DNA of 64,000 nucleotides from assembly GCA_001600695.1 (NCBI GenBank), contig BCKQ01000021.1:1-64000 (forward strand), in the 5' to 3' direction. The position numbers and the translations under genes were made by a program. Within the stretch, counting starts at the first letter, position 1; every line of letters begins with the position of its first letter. Source of the DNA: Ascoidea asiatica JCM 7603. Its lineage: Eukaryota; Fungi; Ascomycota. Under the pieces are notes generated by a model, which had not been told where the DNA came from, did not search any database, and saw only the letters and a list, made by a program, of their open reading frames with translations. This document shows, in pieces, positions 36,001-48,652 of the stretch.

Positions 36001-37960
36001 AAGAAGAATGTCTTCTATGATGAGTATTATTTTGATTATTATGATTATTATTTGTAGAAGTATTTGTAGTTGAAAATAAATTATCAGATTGTAAAGTACT
36101 ATGTTTTTTTAAATGATTAATACTATTATTACTCGTATCAGAATTATTACTTTGAGAAGAAGTTATAACATTATTATCAAAATTTTCATCATGAAATTCT
36201 TTTAATAAATTATTACCAGATTTTGGTTTATGTTCTAATAAAAGATATTTTTTTTGTGGTTCTAATCTATGAACTTTTTTTTTTTTACACCAATATTCTA
36301 AAATTTCAATTAAATAAATTTTAATTTTATAAATTTTTAAAGTTTTTTCAATTGGATTTAATTTTATATTAATTGGTAAAAATGAATTTAAAATTAAAAA
36401 ATTACTTAAAACAGAAATTGAATAATTTAATTTATTATCCCAAGATTTATTAATCATTATTGGTTCAAAATTATCTTCTAGAGATTGAGAAGAATTAGTT
36501 CTAATAAAATTTAATTCTTTTTTTGAATGTAAATTACCTTTAAATTTTGAAAATCTTTCAATATTTACATTTAATGAATAATTTATATAACCAAAAGTTA
36601 CATTAATTGATTCAGGAGTTGATTGAGGTATTGGATGTTCAAAATTATAAATATAATCACCTTGATTAAATATAAAATTTTCAATTTCTTTATTATTGTT
36701 ATTGGTATTATTATTATTATTACTATTATTATTATTATTACTATTATTATCAAATTGTTGATCATTTAAAGATAATGAAGAATTATTTAAATTATTAAAT
36801 CTTGAAGAAATTATTGAAGATATTGAAGAATCTATAGTTGAATTTGTGAAAGATCTATGTTTTGTTGGAGATAAAGTTCTTGATCTTTGATAGTTATTAT
36901 TTATGATACTATTATTATTATTATTATTATTATTATTATCATCATTGAATATTTTAACTTTATTTAATAATTGTGGTTTTAAATTTGTTTTTAAAATTGA
37001 AATTGTTTTTGTTTTTGAAGCTGATCTTGATCTTGATTTTATTGAAGTATTATCTAAAGAAAACATTAAATCATCAATATCATCATTATTATTATTATTA
37101 TTAATACTTGTACTTCTATTTTTAGTTCTTGATATTCTTTGAGTATTATTATTATTATAAATATTAATATGATTTGCACCACCATTTGAATAATTAATTA
37201 AATTTTTATTTGAATAATTAAAAAAAGGCCAAGTATGATTTAAAATTGTTTCATTTTCAAAAAATTCTGATTTTTTTGGAGGTATACCTTCTGGCCAATT
37301 TGTTCTTGCATTACCTTTTAAATTTAATTCAATTTTTTTTAATTTTGTATTATTTTTTAAAATTTTTATTAATAAAATTCCTCTTAATAATAATGGAGGA
37401 CTTTCATTATATAAAGTTGAAATTTGATTTGTATTTATAATTATATTACCACTTATATTTGCACTTGAATTATTATTTGTATCAGCGGTTAAATTTGATT
37501 GATTATTTTGATTATTTTGATTATTTTGAGTAGTTAATTGAATATTACTATTAACTGGAGTTGAAGGTATTCTTCTTCTACTTCTTCTATTAACATTTGA
37601 ATTTGAATTACTTTGAAAATTATTTGAATCACCAATATTATTTTGTAAGAAGAAATTTTCTTCAGTTAAAATTAAATAAACTTTTAAAGATGAAGTTTCA
37701 ATTAATGGTTTTTCAGGTAATTTTGGTAAATAAGTATATTGTTTTATATTATTATTTAAATTATTAATATTTAAATTATTAATATTTAAATTATTATTTA
37801 ATTGAGTTATATTTGATAAATTTATAGTTGAATTTGTTTGATTTGATAAATTTATTGTTGAATTTATTGTTGAATTTAATGAAGATTTATAATCAGGTGG
37901 AGATTGAAATTGATTATTGAATTGATTATTATTAAATTGATGATAATCATTATTCTGTTG

Positions 37961-38002
<42 letters not shown>

Positions 38003-38098
38003 GTTATTGTTATTGTTATTGTTATTTCCTAAAGAAAAAGAAAAAGTTGAAGTTAGATCAGATAATAAATCTGAAGGATTCAAAGGATTATTTACCAT
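33071..38098 (-). CDS. ALY2: Alpha-arrestin Rsp5 adaptor, Aly1/Aly2 (Art6/Art3) family
   Basis: ARTNWPEGIPPKK, HWLKICIRL, HFEISIDSPI, PY motifs (PPDY, LPAY, PPSY); first ATG at 38098. It lies near EXO70, as ALY2 does in S. cerevisiae. Confidence 0.85.
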
Positions 38099-38504
38099 TG
38101 TAAGTATTTTATTATTAATAAATTTCGAACACAATCATTCTATGAATAATATAAATAAATGAATGATAATCTAAAAGAAATAAGAAATAATTTATAAGAA
38201 ATAATAAACCTTTGTGATGAAGACTGATAGATCCAAACAAATGATTGATATATTTCAAACAAGGACTGTATTAAATATTAAATATTTATTATTTATTATT
38301 TATTATTTATTATTTATTCATTATCTATTATCAATTATCTAGTATCTATTATTTATTATCATTTATTTATCATTTGGTACTTATTGAGTAGAGAACGAGT
38401 GGAATAAATGGCAAAGGTTCCCCTGTTTATTGATTGATTATCGAGAGCGAAGCAGTACTGGAGTAGCAGTGCTTAGTTAACAGTCAGTTACCGGAGAGTC
38501 TAGC

Positions 38505-38580
38505 TGCTGGGAGTGCTGGGAGTGCTGAGAGTTAAGCACTGAGAGTTAAGCACTGAGTGTTAAGCGCTGGGAGTACTGGC
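38505..38580. repeat. GC-rich compound minisatellite (GCTGGGAGT and CTGAGAGTTAAGCA units)
   Basis: Read directly in the ALY2/ALD divergent promoter. Confidence 0.7.
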
Positions 38581-39312
38581 CGCTTGTAACGGTATGAGAA
38601 ACAGTTCCGGTGAAAGAAAGAGACACCGCGCCACGGAGACTGCTGGTTCCACAGGCGGATACAGCACACCCAGCACTTCCACGGCACAAGCAATACTAGC
38701 CACTTGTTTTGATTACATAACAGCATGTGATACATCCGATATATTTCTCTTTTATGCTTTTTCTCCTTTTTCTAGCCAAACAATCTCGATAATCAATTTC
38801 GATAATCTCAGATCAATACAATTGCACTATCAAGAAATTATCCCATCTTCCAAAAACGGGGGCCCACTATATACTGCCAAAAATGCGTGGTCCGGGACCA
38901 TAGTAATAAGCTAAATCATATGACATATAAAGGTAGTCCCGTTTTTAAGGGTTTAAAAGTGTTTAAAAAAATTATTTGGATTAATTTGAGGTTTTTGTTC
39001 CTGTTTTAGAAACAACGTTTACTATGTAAAAAAGAAGATTTTGAGGTGGTATTTAGCGTTTCTGGCAGTATATAGCGGTTCACCAAAAACGGAAGTAAAC
39101 GCTTTCTCTGTAAACTTATTCATCTTCAATAGAGTAACTGAAATAAATATTAATAATCACTTATATTCAGTAATTTTACTCAATGACTTCCCTAAATTGA
39201 CGTTTTAGTTAATTTTATTCAAATATAATTGAAAATTATACTCAAATTATGAAATTATATATATATTAATCAATATGTAACTTTTGTTAATTATTAATTC
39301 CATTCTATAATA

Positions 39313-40841
39313 AATTCACAATAGTTAATAATCAAAATGGTCGAATTACCTGAATATTATGAAGTTGAATTACCTAATGGTTTAAAATATAAACAACCAA
39401 CTGGTTTATACATAAATAATAAATTCATACCCTCAATTGATAAAGAAATTATTCAGCCAATTAATCCATCAGATGGTAAACCATTATCAAAAGTATATTG
39501 CGCCAAATCAAATGATGTTGATTATGCCGTCGATATTGCCCTTGATGCATTTAAAAAAGTTTGGAAAAAAACTCCAGGTACAGAAAGAGGTAAAATTTTA
39601 TTCAAATTATCTGAATTATGTGAAGAAAATTTTGATTTATTAGCTTCAATTGAATCTCAAACTTCTGGTAAACCATTTGAACAAAATTCAAAAGGTGATA
39701 TTTCTGAAGTTATTAATGTATTTAAATATTATGCAGGTTGGGCAGATAAAATTCATGGTAAGACAATTCCAATTGATGATAATAAATTTGCATATACTGT
39801 TCATGAACCATATGGAGTTTGTGGACAAATTATACCATGGAATTATCCATTAGCAATGATGGCATGGAAACTAGCTCCTGCTTTAGCTGCTGGAAATACT
39901 GTAGTTTTAAAAACTGCTGAACAAACTCCATTATCTGCTTTATTTTTTTGTACCTTAATTGAAAAAGCTGGATTTCCTCCTGGAGTTTTGAATATAATTT
40001 CAGGATATGGTAAAGATGCTGGTAATGCATTAGCTTCTCATTTGAAAGTTTCAAAGATTGCATTTACTGGTTCAACTAATGTTGGAAAATTAATTCAACA
40101 AGCAGCTTCTAATAATTTAAAAGCTGTAACTTTAGAAACTGGTGGTAAGTCTCCATTAATTATATTTGAAGATGCAGATTTAGAAAAAGCTATAAAATGG
40201 GCTGCTTTTGGAATATTTTTTAATTCTGGTCAAATTTGTACATCAAATTCAAGAATTTTAATTCATAAAAATGTTTATGATAAATTTTTGAAATTATTAA
40301 GCGATTATATAAATAAAGAATATAAACAGGGTAAGCCATTTGATTCTGATGATATTATGGTCGGTCCTCAAGTTTCCAAATCACAACAAAATAGAATCTT
40401 AGATTATATTGAAATTGGTAAGAAGGAAGGTGCAAAAATATACACTGGAGGTTTTAAAATTACAAATGATGAAAATCTAAAAGATGGTTTTTTCATTAAA
40501 CCAACTATTTTCTATGATGTTAAATCAGATATGAGAATATTTCAAGAAGAAATATTTGGACCAGTAGTTGTTTGCTCAACATTTGATACTGATGAAGAAG
40601 CAATAGAATTAGCTAATTGTACCGAATATGGATTAGGTGCAGCATTATTCACCAAAGATATAACCAGAGCCCATAGAGTCTCTAGAGAATTAGAAGCAGG
40701 AATGGTTTGGATTAATTCAAGTAATGATAGTGACTTCAGAGTACCTTTTGGTGGGGTTAAAAGTAGTGGAATTGGTAGAGAATTAGGAGAATATGGTTTA
40801 ACTAATTATACTCAAGCAAAAGCTTATCATGTCAACTTAGG
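39313..40841 (+). repeat. Left arm of 1529-bp inverted repeat
   Basis: Reverse complement of 46469-47997. Shadow ORFs are identical and spot checks found no mismatch. Confidence 0.95.
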
Positions 40842-40854
40842 TTGGAATCTATAA
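39337..40854 (+). CDS. ALD2: Cytosolic aldehyde dehydrogenase, Ald2/Ald3 type (copy 1)
   Basis: PWNYPLAM, FTGST, TLETGGKSP, NSGQICTSNSR, EEIFGP, WINSSND; no presequence. Confidence 0.9.
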   Translation: MVELPEYYEVELPNGLKYKQPTGLYINNKFIPSIDKEIIQPINPSDGKPLSKVYCAKSNDVDYAVDIALDAFKKVWKKTPGTERGKILFKLSELCEENFDLLASIESQTSGKPFEQNSKGDISEVINVFKYYAGWADKIHGKTIPIDDNKFAYTVHEPYGVCGQIIPWNYPLAMMAWKLAPALAAGNTVVLKTAEQTPLSALFFCTLIEKAGFPPGVLNIISGYGKDAGNALASHLKVSKIAFTGSTNVGKLIQQAASNNLKAVTLETGGKSPLIIFEDADLEKAIKWAAFGIFFNSGQICTSNSRILIHKNVYDKFLKLLSDYINKEYKQGKPFDSDDIMVGPQVSKSQQNRILDYIEIGKKEGAKIYTGGFKITNDENLKDGFFIKPTIFYDVKSDMRIFQEEIFGPVVVCSTFDTDEEAIELANCTEYGLGAALFTKDITRAHRVSRELEAGMVWINSSNDSDFRVPFGGVKSSGIGRELGEYGLTNYTQAKAYHVNLGWNL

Positions 40855-41427
40855 TTATAACTAATCATATCAAATATCAAATAGTAGATAAATTATAAAA
40901 ATATAATAAAATAATTAAATTTTTTGATAGAACTTCTCTTTGTAAATTAAATTATCAAGAAAAATAAACTGTCGCCAGAATTGGGGTTCTTGTGTTGTAG
41001 TTTGCTTGTTTTCGCTTTCTGGAACAAAGCATAAAAAAAACAAGGCCAAAATAAAGCAGAGATTGAAAGTGAATAAAGAAAATAAAGAATAAAGAAGAAC
41101 TCGAAAAGAAAAGACTAAAGAAAACACGAAGAGTATTAAAACAAAGAAGATAAATGATTGATTTTTACTAGAACTTGATTCAATTAGCTTGGAAGAGCAA
41201 ACAAGTCATTTTGAAATTAAGATATCAATAGAAAGTTATCCACTTTGTAAAATTAAAATCTATAATTAAAGAAGATATAAAATAACAGTTACTCCTTGAT
41301 GAATTAAAAGATTATCTCTTTAACATAAAATTAACTTAAAATTAACTTAAAATTCAAGATTAAAAAAATAACTTAACTACTAAAGTTCTAGATAAATAAT
41401 AATAAACAAAATATATTTCAAATAAAC

Positions 41428-42129
41428 ATGGGAAAAGCTTTAATTATAATTGACGTTCAAGAGGATTTCTTACCTCCAAATGGTTCATTAGCTGTCAAAG
41501 ATGGAAGAAAAATAATTCCAACAATAAATAAATTGATTAATAATAAGGAATATAGTTGGGATTTGATTGTTGCAACAAAAGATTGGCATCCAAAAGATCA
41601 TTGCTCTTTTGCTTCAAATAATGGAGTTAAACCATATGAAACTATTGAATTTCATAAACCAAAAACTAATGAAAATGATAAAAATTATATTGAAGAAATT
41701 AAAAAACAAATTGTTTGGCCAGATCATTGTATTCAAAATGAATTTGGTTCTGAGTTTGGTATTGAGTTTAAAAAAGAATTTGAAAAGTTAATTAATTCAA
41801 ATTCAGATATTAATAAAGTTAAAATTGTTAAAAAAGGCTATCTTAAAGATAGAGAATATTATTCATGTTTTAAAGATGTTTGGGGTTTACATCATACTGA
41901 ATTAACAGATTTACTAAAAATTGACAAAATTGATGAAGTTTATTTTGTTGGTATTGCTTATGATTTTTGTGTTTTATATTCTGCAATTGATTGTTCAAAA
42001 TTAAATTTTATTAAAAATACTTATGTTTTAAGAGATGTTTGTAAAAGTGTTTATCCTGATAAGATAAATGAAACTGATTCAATTTATAATAAAAATAATG
42101 TAAAAATTATTTCTTTTGCAGTTCATTGA
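41428..42129 (+). CDS. PNC1: Nicotinamidase
   Basis: IIDVQEDFLPP, DWHP, WPDHC, KGYLKDREYYS, GIAYDFCV. Confidence 0.95.
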   Translation: MGKALIIIDVQEDFLPPNGSLAVKDGRKIIPTINKLINNKEYSWDLIVATKDWHPKDHCSFASNNGVKPYETIEFHKPKTNENDKNYIEEIKKQIVWPDHCIQNEFGSEFGIEFKKEFEKLINSNSDINKVKIVKKGYLKDREYYSCFKDVWGLHHTELTDLLKIDKIDEVYFVGIAYDFCVLYSAIDCSKLNFIKNTYVLRDVCKSVYPDKINETDSIYNKNNVKIISFAVH

Positions 42130-42334
42130 ATGTTTAAACCCTGAAAGTCATCTTTTGTTTTTTTTTGTTTTTCTTCTTTGAATAATATATTCTGTCTCTT
42201 TTTTAAGGTAAAAAATAAATCTACTTTTTTTTTATTTTATAAATAATCAACAATATTTATAACTGTCTCGTTTATATGTATGCAAAATATGTTTTTGTCA
42301 TTATCATCCTTTTAGAAAATATATTATATACAGT

Positions 42335-43740
42335 TTAACCACATGCAACTTCTTTATCTATTGAATTTTCATTTATTTGAAATTCCTTAATTAACTCATC
42401 ATATAAAGCTATATCTTCTAATTTAACATCATTTAAAAATTCAAAAATTTGTCCTCTTGAATAATAATTAGCTTTAGAATTACTATAATGCCAATTTTGT
42501 TCATTTATTTCATTATTACTACTAGTAATAGTATTAGTAGTAGTTGCATTGATATTGTCATCAAAATTGATTAAATTTTTAATTGTATTTAAATTAATTA
42601 AAACAAACTTTATTCCACTATCTGGACATTCAAAATTTATATTTAATAAAATTTTTTCCATTATACCTCTTAAACCTCTTGCACCAGTACCTTGTTTAAT
42701 TGCAATTTTTGTAATTAATTCCAAAGATGGTTTTGTAAAAGATAATTTAACATTAAATTGTTTAAAAATATATTCATATTGTTTAATTAAACAATTTTTT
42801 GGTTCAATTAAAATTCTCAATAACTCAGATTCTTTTAAAGATTTTAAACTTGTAATTATTGGAACTCTACCAATTAATTCTGGAATCATACCATACGAAG
42901 TTAAATCCTGTGGTGTAACTAATTCTAAAGTTGAAACAACTTTACCATTACTTAATTTGATTTCTTCAATTTTATTGATTTTATTTGCAGTTTCTAAATT
43001 TTCATTTATAATTTCCGATTCAATTTTATTTTTGTCATTATTATCATTATTTTTCTTTAAATTATTTTCATTATTATCATTGATTAAAAGATCAGCTTCA
43101 AATCCAATTGAAGATCTTGATAATCTATTACTTATATATTTATCTAAACCAGTGAAAGCACCCATTAATATAAATAAAATATTACTTGTATCAATCATAA
43201 AAGTTTCAGATTTCTTTTGAGAAGCTAAAGGATTATTGCCAATAAAATTCAGTTTTTCTTTTTTATTTAAAGGTCTTTTAACATTAATTGTGATTGTAGT
43301 ACCTTCAATTAATTTTAATAAAGCTTGTTGAACACCTTCACCACTTACATCTTTTGTACCAGTTAAAATACTTGGTTTTGCTAATTTATCAATTTCATCT
43401 AAGACTATAATACCTTTTTGACAATTGAGTAAATTATAATTTGAATCAATTAATAGTCTTTCTATACATAATTCAACATCTTCACCAATATAACCAGCTT
43501 GAGTTAATTGAGTACAATCAGTTATTGAAAATGGTACATTTAAAATTTTTGATAAAGTTTTTGCTAATAAAGTTTTTCCAGTACCTGTTGGACCTAAAAT
43601 TAAAATATTTGATTTATCAATTTCTGGTATAAGATTCTCATCAATTTCTTTTGATAATTGATCAAATTCCTTGAAACTTGTTCTTAAATTATCATCATTA
43701 TCCTCATTATTTAGATGTTGATTTTGATCATCATTTTCAC

Positions 43741-43795
<55 letters not shown>

Positions 43796-44638
43796 GATTT
43801 TGTTATCATTTTGGTTTAAATTTAATCTTAGTCTTGTATAATGATTATAAACAGCTACAGACATTACCTTTTTAGCAAAATCTTGACCAATAATGAATTT
43901 ATCTAAATAATTTTTTAATTCTCTTGGATTTGGAGTTTTTTTCTGCTTAATAATTGTATTTAAAATGTTATCGTCCTTTTTATCTGTTTTAAGATTATTA
44001 TTATTTGATGTGATTGTAGAATCATGGTTAATATTCAATTCATCTTTAATATGCTTTTTATTTATTGATTGATTAAAATTAGAGTTTTGATTATGATTTT
44101 GGGAATGATTGTGATTAGAATACTTACTATTGTTATTATTGTTATTACCATTGAGATTATAAAACTTTTTATTCTCTCTTATTGGTTTTGGAGTAAATTT
44201 ATTTGAATCAAATTTACTATCATCACTGTTATTATTATTATGAGTGTTATTATTATTACCTACAAATTCAATAAAACCATTTTTGGCGCTAAAAGTGTTT
44301 TCTATATCATTATCATCTATGTCAATATTTGATTCATTATTTGAATTTAAATCTTTATCTAATTGCTTATTAGTATTGAAAATTTTATCTTCTTCATTAT
44401 CAATATCATTTTTATCATTAGGATTCTTATTATTAATATCATTATCTTTATTATTAAATAAATTATCATTATCATTATCACTACTTGTAGAATATGAATT
44501 GACAAAAGTCAAATGTTTTGAAGTATTCCAATGATTCAAATGATAAAATGTATTTAAAGTTTTTAATCTATTGAAATTGCTTGATTTGATTCTATAAGTT
44601 GTTGAATATATTAAGCATTTTGATTTAAAGGATATCAT
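42335..44638 (-). CDS. MCX1: Mitochondrial ClpX AAA+ unfoldase
   Basis: GPTGTGKT, LTQAGYIGEDVE, LDEIDK, DVSGEGVQQALLK, GARGLR; first ATG at 44638. Confidence 0.95.
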
Positions 44639-45127
44639 TTGAGATACGAGATGATTCAAGGATAGAGAAAAGATAAGAAATGGGAACTATGAATTATTTA
44701 TTTGCTTTAGTTAATGGGATAAGAAAAAATGATTTGGATATTAATCAAAGATATATTATTGATTGATTAGATATGATTATCTGATTATTTACATATTGAT
44801 TATATATTATTTATACTATCTACTACAACTATCAATTATATCTATTATTTACTGGTTCTTTCTCAGATGCTTTGATTCGATGCAAAATCCTCGGAAAAGT
44901 GGTGGTGCACAGGCAGATAACACTAACAGCCACTGCGACTAGCCCTCTCCGCTATTTGCCTGTGTTTTTTGTCTGTTTCTTTTGACTGGCCTTTATTATA
45001 ATGGTGATTGAAGAGAAATTTGAAAGTATTTGAAAGTATTTAGAAGAGTATTTGAAAGAGTGTTTGAACAAGTATTTGATGAAGAATTATGAGTATATTT
45101 CACTAAACAGGGAATATATTTGCATTG

Positions 45128-46099
45128 TTACTGGAGAAATTCTTTAATCATCTCATAACTTAAGAAACTAACTGCCATTGAAGGAATAACTTTTAATAAA
45201 TTCGCACTTAATCCATTATAATATCCAGTGAATCCTTCATTTTTACCAATTGAAATTAAAGCTTGTAAGATTGATTTATATTCATATCCACCACTTTGAT
45301 ATCTTCTTCTTAAAATATCAAAAGGATAAATTAAACTTTGAGAAATACCACCAGATATAGCACCATTAATTAATTTGAATCCTGAATTTGAAATATCAAA
45401 ATTTCTTTTTTTTTCTTCTTCTTTTAATCCTTCATAAATTGTAAAATTTAATCCAACATATGGTGCAACTCCAATTGTTGTTGGAATCACTCCTTTATAT
45501 AATGCTAAAATTCCACCTTCTTTTTTAATAATATCTCTAAAAATTTTAAAAAATCCATCTGGTTTATTATCTTTTATTATGATGTTTTCAATGTTATTAT
45601 TATTATTATTAAGATATTTCTTAGATATATTTTGTTTATAATTTAATCTTTCTGCAGTTTGTATAGATAATCTAGTTCTAATTAAATCTAAAGGATATGT
45701 TGCATAAACACTACACGCACCAGCTAAGGATCCTGCAATTAATCTATCTCTATTATTACTACTTTTACTATTTTTAATATTATCTTGATCAAATAAATGA
45801 TAATAAACAGAAAATTGAACAGCTTGATATGGAAAAATTCTAATACAATTTAATAAATTACCTCTAAATAATCCGATAATACCTTCTTCTTTATAAATAT
45901 TAAAAATTGTATTGAAAATTCCTTTATATTTTTGTTTTGAATTTATATCCTGAATTTGAAAAATTATTTTAACTCTTTCAAATGGTGAAACAACAGTTCT
46001 AGAAATTGAACCTGCCAAACCACCTGCTAAAAATGATGAAATAAAATCATGTCTTAGCAATTCTCTTATTTCCTTTATACCATTTACTATTTCTGTCAT
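45128..46099 (-). CDS. Mitochondrial carrier, YPR011C (Mrx21)/SLC25A42-like
   Basis: Three PxD/ExxK/R motifs (SPFERVK, YPLDLIRTR, YPFDILRRR) and LFRGNLLNCIRIFPY; first ATG at 46099. Confidence 0.9.
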   Translation of the reverse strand: MTEIVNGIKEIRELLRHDFISSFLAGGLAGSISRTVVSPFERVKIIFQIQDINSKQKYKGIFNTIFNIYKEEGIIGLFRGNLLNCIRIFPYQAVQFSVYYHLFDQDNIKNSKSSNNRDRLIAGSLAGACSVYATYPLDLIRTRLSIQTAERLNYKQNISKKYLNNNNNNIENIIIKDNKPDGFFKIFRDIIKKEGGILALYKGVIPTTIGVAPYVGLNFTIYEGLKEEEKKRNFDISNSGFKLINGAISGGISQSLIYPFDILRRRYQSGGYEYKSILQALISIGKNEGFTGYYNGLSANLLKVIPSMAVSFLSYEMIKEFLQ

Positions 46100-46455
46100 A
46101 TTCAATACTATATCATTTAAATCTATAATAACTAATTTTATATTGTTATATTATAATCATAATCATAATACCAAAAAAATATATTATCGTAGAGTAAAAA
46201 ATCTCATTTTGAGCATGAAAATTTCCTGTTTTTCAATATATTTCTTAAAAAATATCCGTTAAACTTAAAACCAGTAAACAGTTTTACAAACGCTTATCAA
46301 AAATAAACTTCATTCTTTTACGAACTCAATCATTTACTCAGATTCACTTTTTCATTGATTCGATAAACATTCATTAAATTATTAATATTATATATATAAA
46401 AAGACTATAATTTAGAATATAGTTAATAAGAAATAAAATATATTTAGTATATTTA

Positions 46456-47973
46456 TTATAAATCCCAGCCTAAGTTGACATGATAAGCTTTTGCTTGAGT
46501 ATAATTAGTTAAACCATATTCTCCTAATTCTCTACCAATTCCACTACTTTTAACCCCACCAAAAGGTACTCTGAAGTCACTATCATTACTTGAATTAATC
46601 CAAACCATTCCTGCTTCTAATTCTCTAGAGACTCTATGGGCTCTGGTTATATCTTTGGTGAATAATGCTGCACCTAATCCATATTCGGTACAATTAGCTA
46701 ATTCTATTGCTTCTTCATCAGTATCAAATGTTGAGCAAACAACTACTGGTCCAAATATTTCTTCTTGAAATATTCTCATATCTGATTTAACATCATAGAA
46801 AATAGTTGGTTTAATGAAAAAACCATCTTTTAGATTTTCATCATTTGTAATTTTAAAACCTCCAGTGTATATTTTTGCACCTTCCTTCTTACCAATTTCA
46901 ATATAATCTAAGATTCTATTTTGTTGTGATTTGGAAACTTGAGGACCGACCATAATATCATCAGAATCAAATGGCTTACCCTGTTTATATTCTTTATTTA
47001 TATAATCGCTTAATAATTTCAAAAATTTATCATAAACATTTTTATGAATTAAAATTCTTGAATTTGATGTACAAATTTGACCAGAATTAAAAAATATTCC
47101 AAAAGCAGCCCATTTTATAGCTTTTTCTAAATCTGCATCTTCAAATATAATTAATGGAGACTTACCACCAGTTTCTAAAGTTACAGCTTTTAAATTATTA
47201 GAAGCTGCTTGTTGAATTAATTTTCCAACATTAGTTGAACCAGTAAATGCAATCTTTGAAACTTTCAAATGAGAAGCTAATGCATTACCAGCATCTTTAC
47301 CATATCCTGAAATTATATTCAAAACTCCAGGAGGAAATCCAGCTTTTTCAATTAAGGTACAAAAAAATAAAGCAGATAATGGAGTTTGTTCAGCAGTTTT
47401 TAAAACTACAGTATTTCCAGCAGCTAAAGCAGGAGCTAGTTTCCATGCCATCATTGCTAATGGATAATTCCATGGTATAATTTGTCCACAAACTCCATAT
47501 GGTTCATGAACAGTATATGCAAATTTATTATCATCAATTGGAATTGTCTTACCATGAATTTTATCTGCCCAACCTGCATAATATTTAAATACATTAATAA
47601 CTTCAGAAATATCACCTTTTGAATTTTGTTCAAATGGTTTACCAGAAGTTTGAGATTCAATTGAAGCTAATAAATCAAAATTTTCTTCACATAATTCAGA
47701 TAATTTGAATAAAATTTTACCTCTTTCTGTACCTGGAGTTTTTTTCCAAACTTTTTTAAATGCATCAAGGGCAATATCGACGGCATAATCAACATCATTT
47801 GATTTGGCGCAATATACTTTTGATAATGGTTTACCATCTGATGGATTAATTGGCTGAATAATTTCTTTATCAATTGAGGGTATGAATTTATTATTTATGT
47901 ATAAACCAGTTGGTTGTTTATATTTTAAACCATTAGGTAATTCAACTTCATAATATTCAGGTAATTCGACCAT
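46456..47973 (-). CDS. ALD2: Cytosolic aldehyde dehydrogenase, Ald2/Ald3 type (copy 2)
   Basis: Protein identical to copy 1 except the penultimate residue (GWDL vs GWNL). Confidence 0.9.
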   Translation of the reverse strand: MVELPEYYEVELPNGLKYKQPTGLYINNKFIPSIDKEIIQPINPSDGKPLSKVYCAKSNDVDYAVDIALDAFKKVWKKTPGTERGKILFKLSELCEENFDLLASIESQTSGKPFEQNSKGDISEVINVFKYYAGWADKIHGKTIPIDDNKFAYTVHEPYGVCGQIIPWNYPLAMMAWKLAPALAAGNTVVLKTAEQTPLSALFFCTLIEKAGFPPGVLNIISGYGKDAGNALASHLKVSKIAFTGSTNVGKLIQQAASNNLKAVTLETGGKSPLIIFEDADLEKAIKWAAFGIFFNSGQICTSNSRILIHKNVYDKFLKLLSDYINKEYKQGKPFDSDDIMVGPQVSKSQQNRILDYIEIGKKEGAKIYTGGFKITNDENLKDGFFIKPTIFYDVKSDMRIFQEEIFGPVVVCSTFDTDEEAIELANCTEYGLGAALFTKDITRAHRVSRELEAGMVWINSSNDSDFRVPFGGVKSSGIGRELGEYGLTNYTQAKAYHVNLGWDL

Positions 47974-47997
47974 TTTGATTATTAACTATTGTGAATT
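46469..47997 (-). repeat. Right arm of 1529-bp inverted repeat
   Basis: Reverse complement of 39313-40841. Confidence 0.95.
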
Positions 47998-48652
47998 AAT
48001 TTTAAAATTTATTTATATATACCTGTTTTACTTCTTCTTCTTCTTCTTATTCTTCACTTTTGTTTTTTTCTTCTTTTGAAATAAGGGGGTTGTCCCTGAA
48101 TTTATATCATTATTGAAATAGTGAAGTCCCTGTTTACCTGTCTTCCTGTATATTTGACATTTTTGATTACGAATCCAATCCAATCCAATTCACTCCACTC
48201 AATCTCTTAACCTAATTATCATTGCTAACCTTTTTTTAAGCGCCTTTTTGATCTGATAAGAAAACGAGAACAGTGAAAGTCTTCACCTAAAAAAGTCAGT
48301 GCTGCTGCTCGGCAACCCCAGCTAATCACTGCCCGCGCGGCTAATGCCAAAGTAAATCTAAGCTCAAAGACAAAAAAAAGTGCTGGAGCTCAGTGGCAAT
48401 TGATCGATCTATTTGAGTAAAAAAAGAATTTGAATTTGATATATTTAAAGTGTTTAAACTATGGAATAAAATCTATCTAAAAGGTAAAATATAGTCTAGT
48501 TGAGTGAATCACTCTGGAAATTAGTATTATATAGCATTGGATTTGAACTCATCACAGTCAAAAGAATGGGGGACTTGAAGTGTGAAGAAAGAATCAAAGA
48601 GTGAAAGAAAATGAAATAGGAATAGTAGAAGTAGGTAACATCAATTGATAAA

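Noticed and set aside
38532-38914. 106-aa and 67-aa ORFs between ALY2 and ALD
   Set aside because: GC-rich promoter island with atypical codon usage and no recognisable motif.
33393-44534. Long antisense ORFs (33393-34016, 42549-43220 and others)
   Set aside because: Shadows of AT-biased, low-complexity coding sequence on the opposite strand.
39313-47997. Mating-type flip/flop locus or composite transposon
   Set aside because: No HMG, alpha-box or homeodomain genes, and no transposase, recombinase or target-site duplication; the arms are simply ALDH genes.
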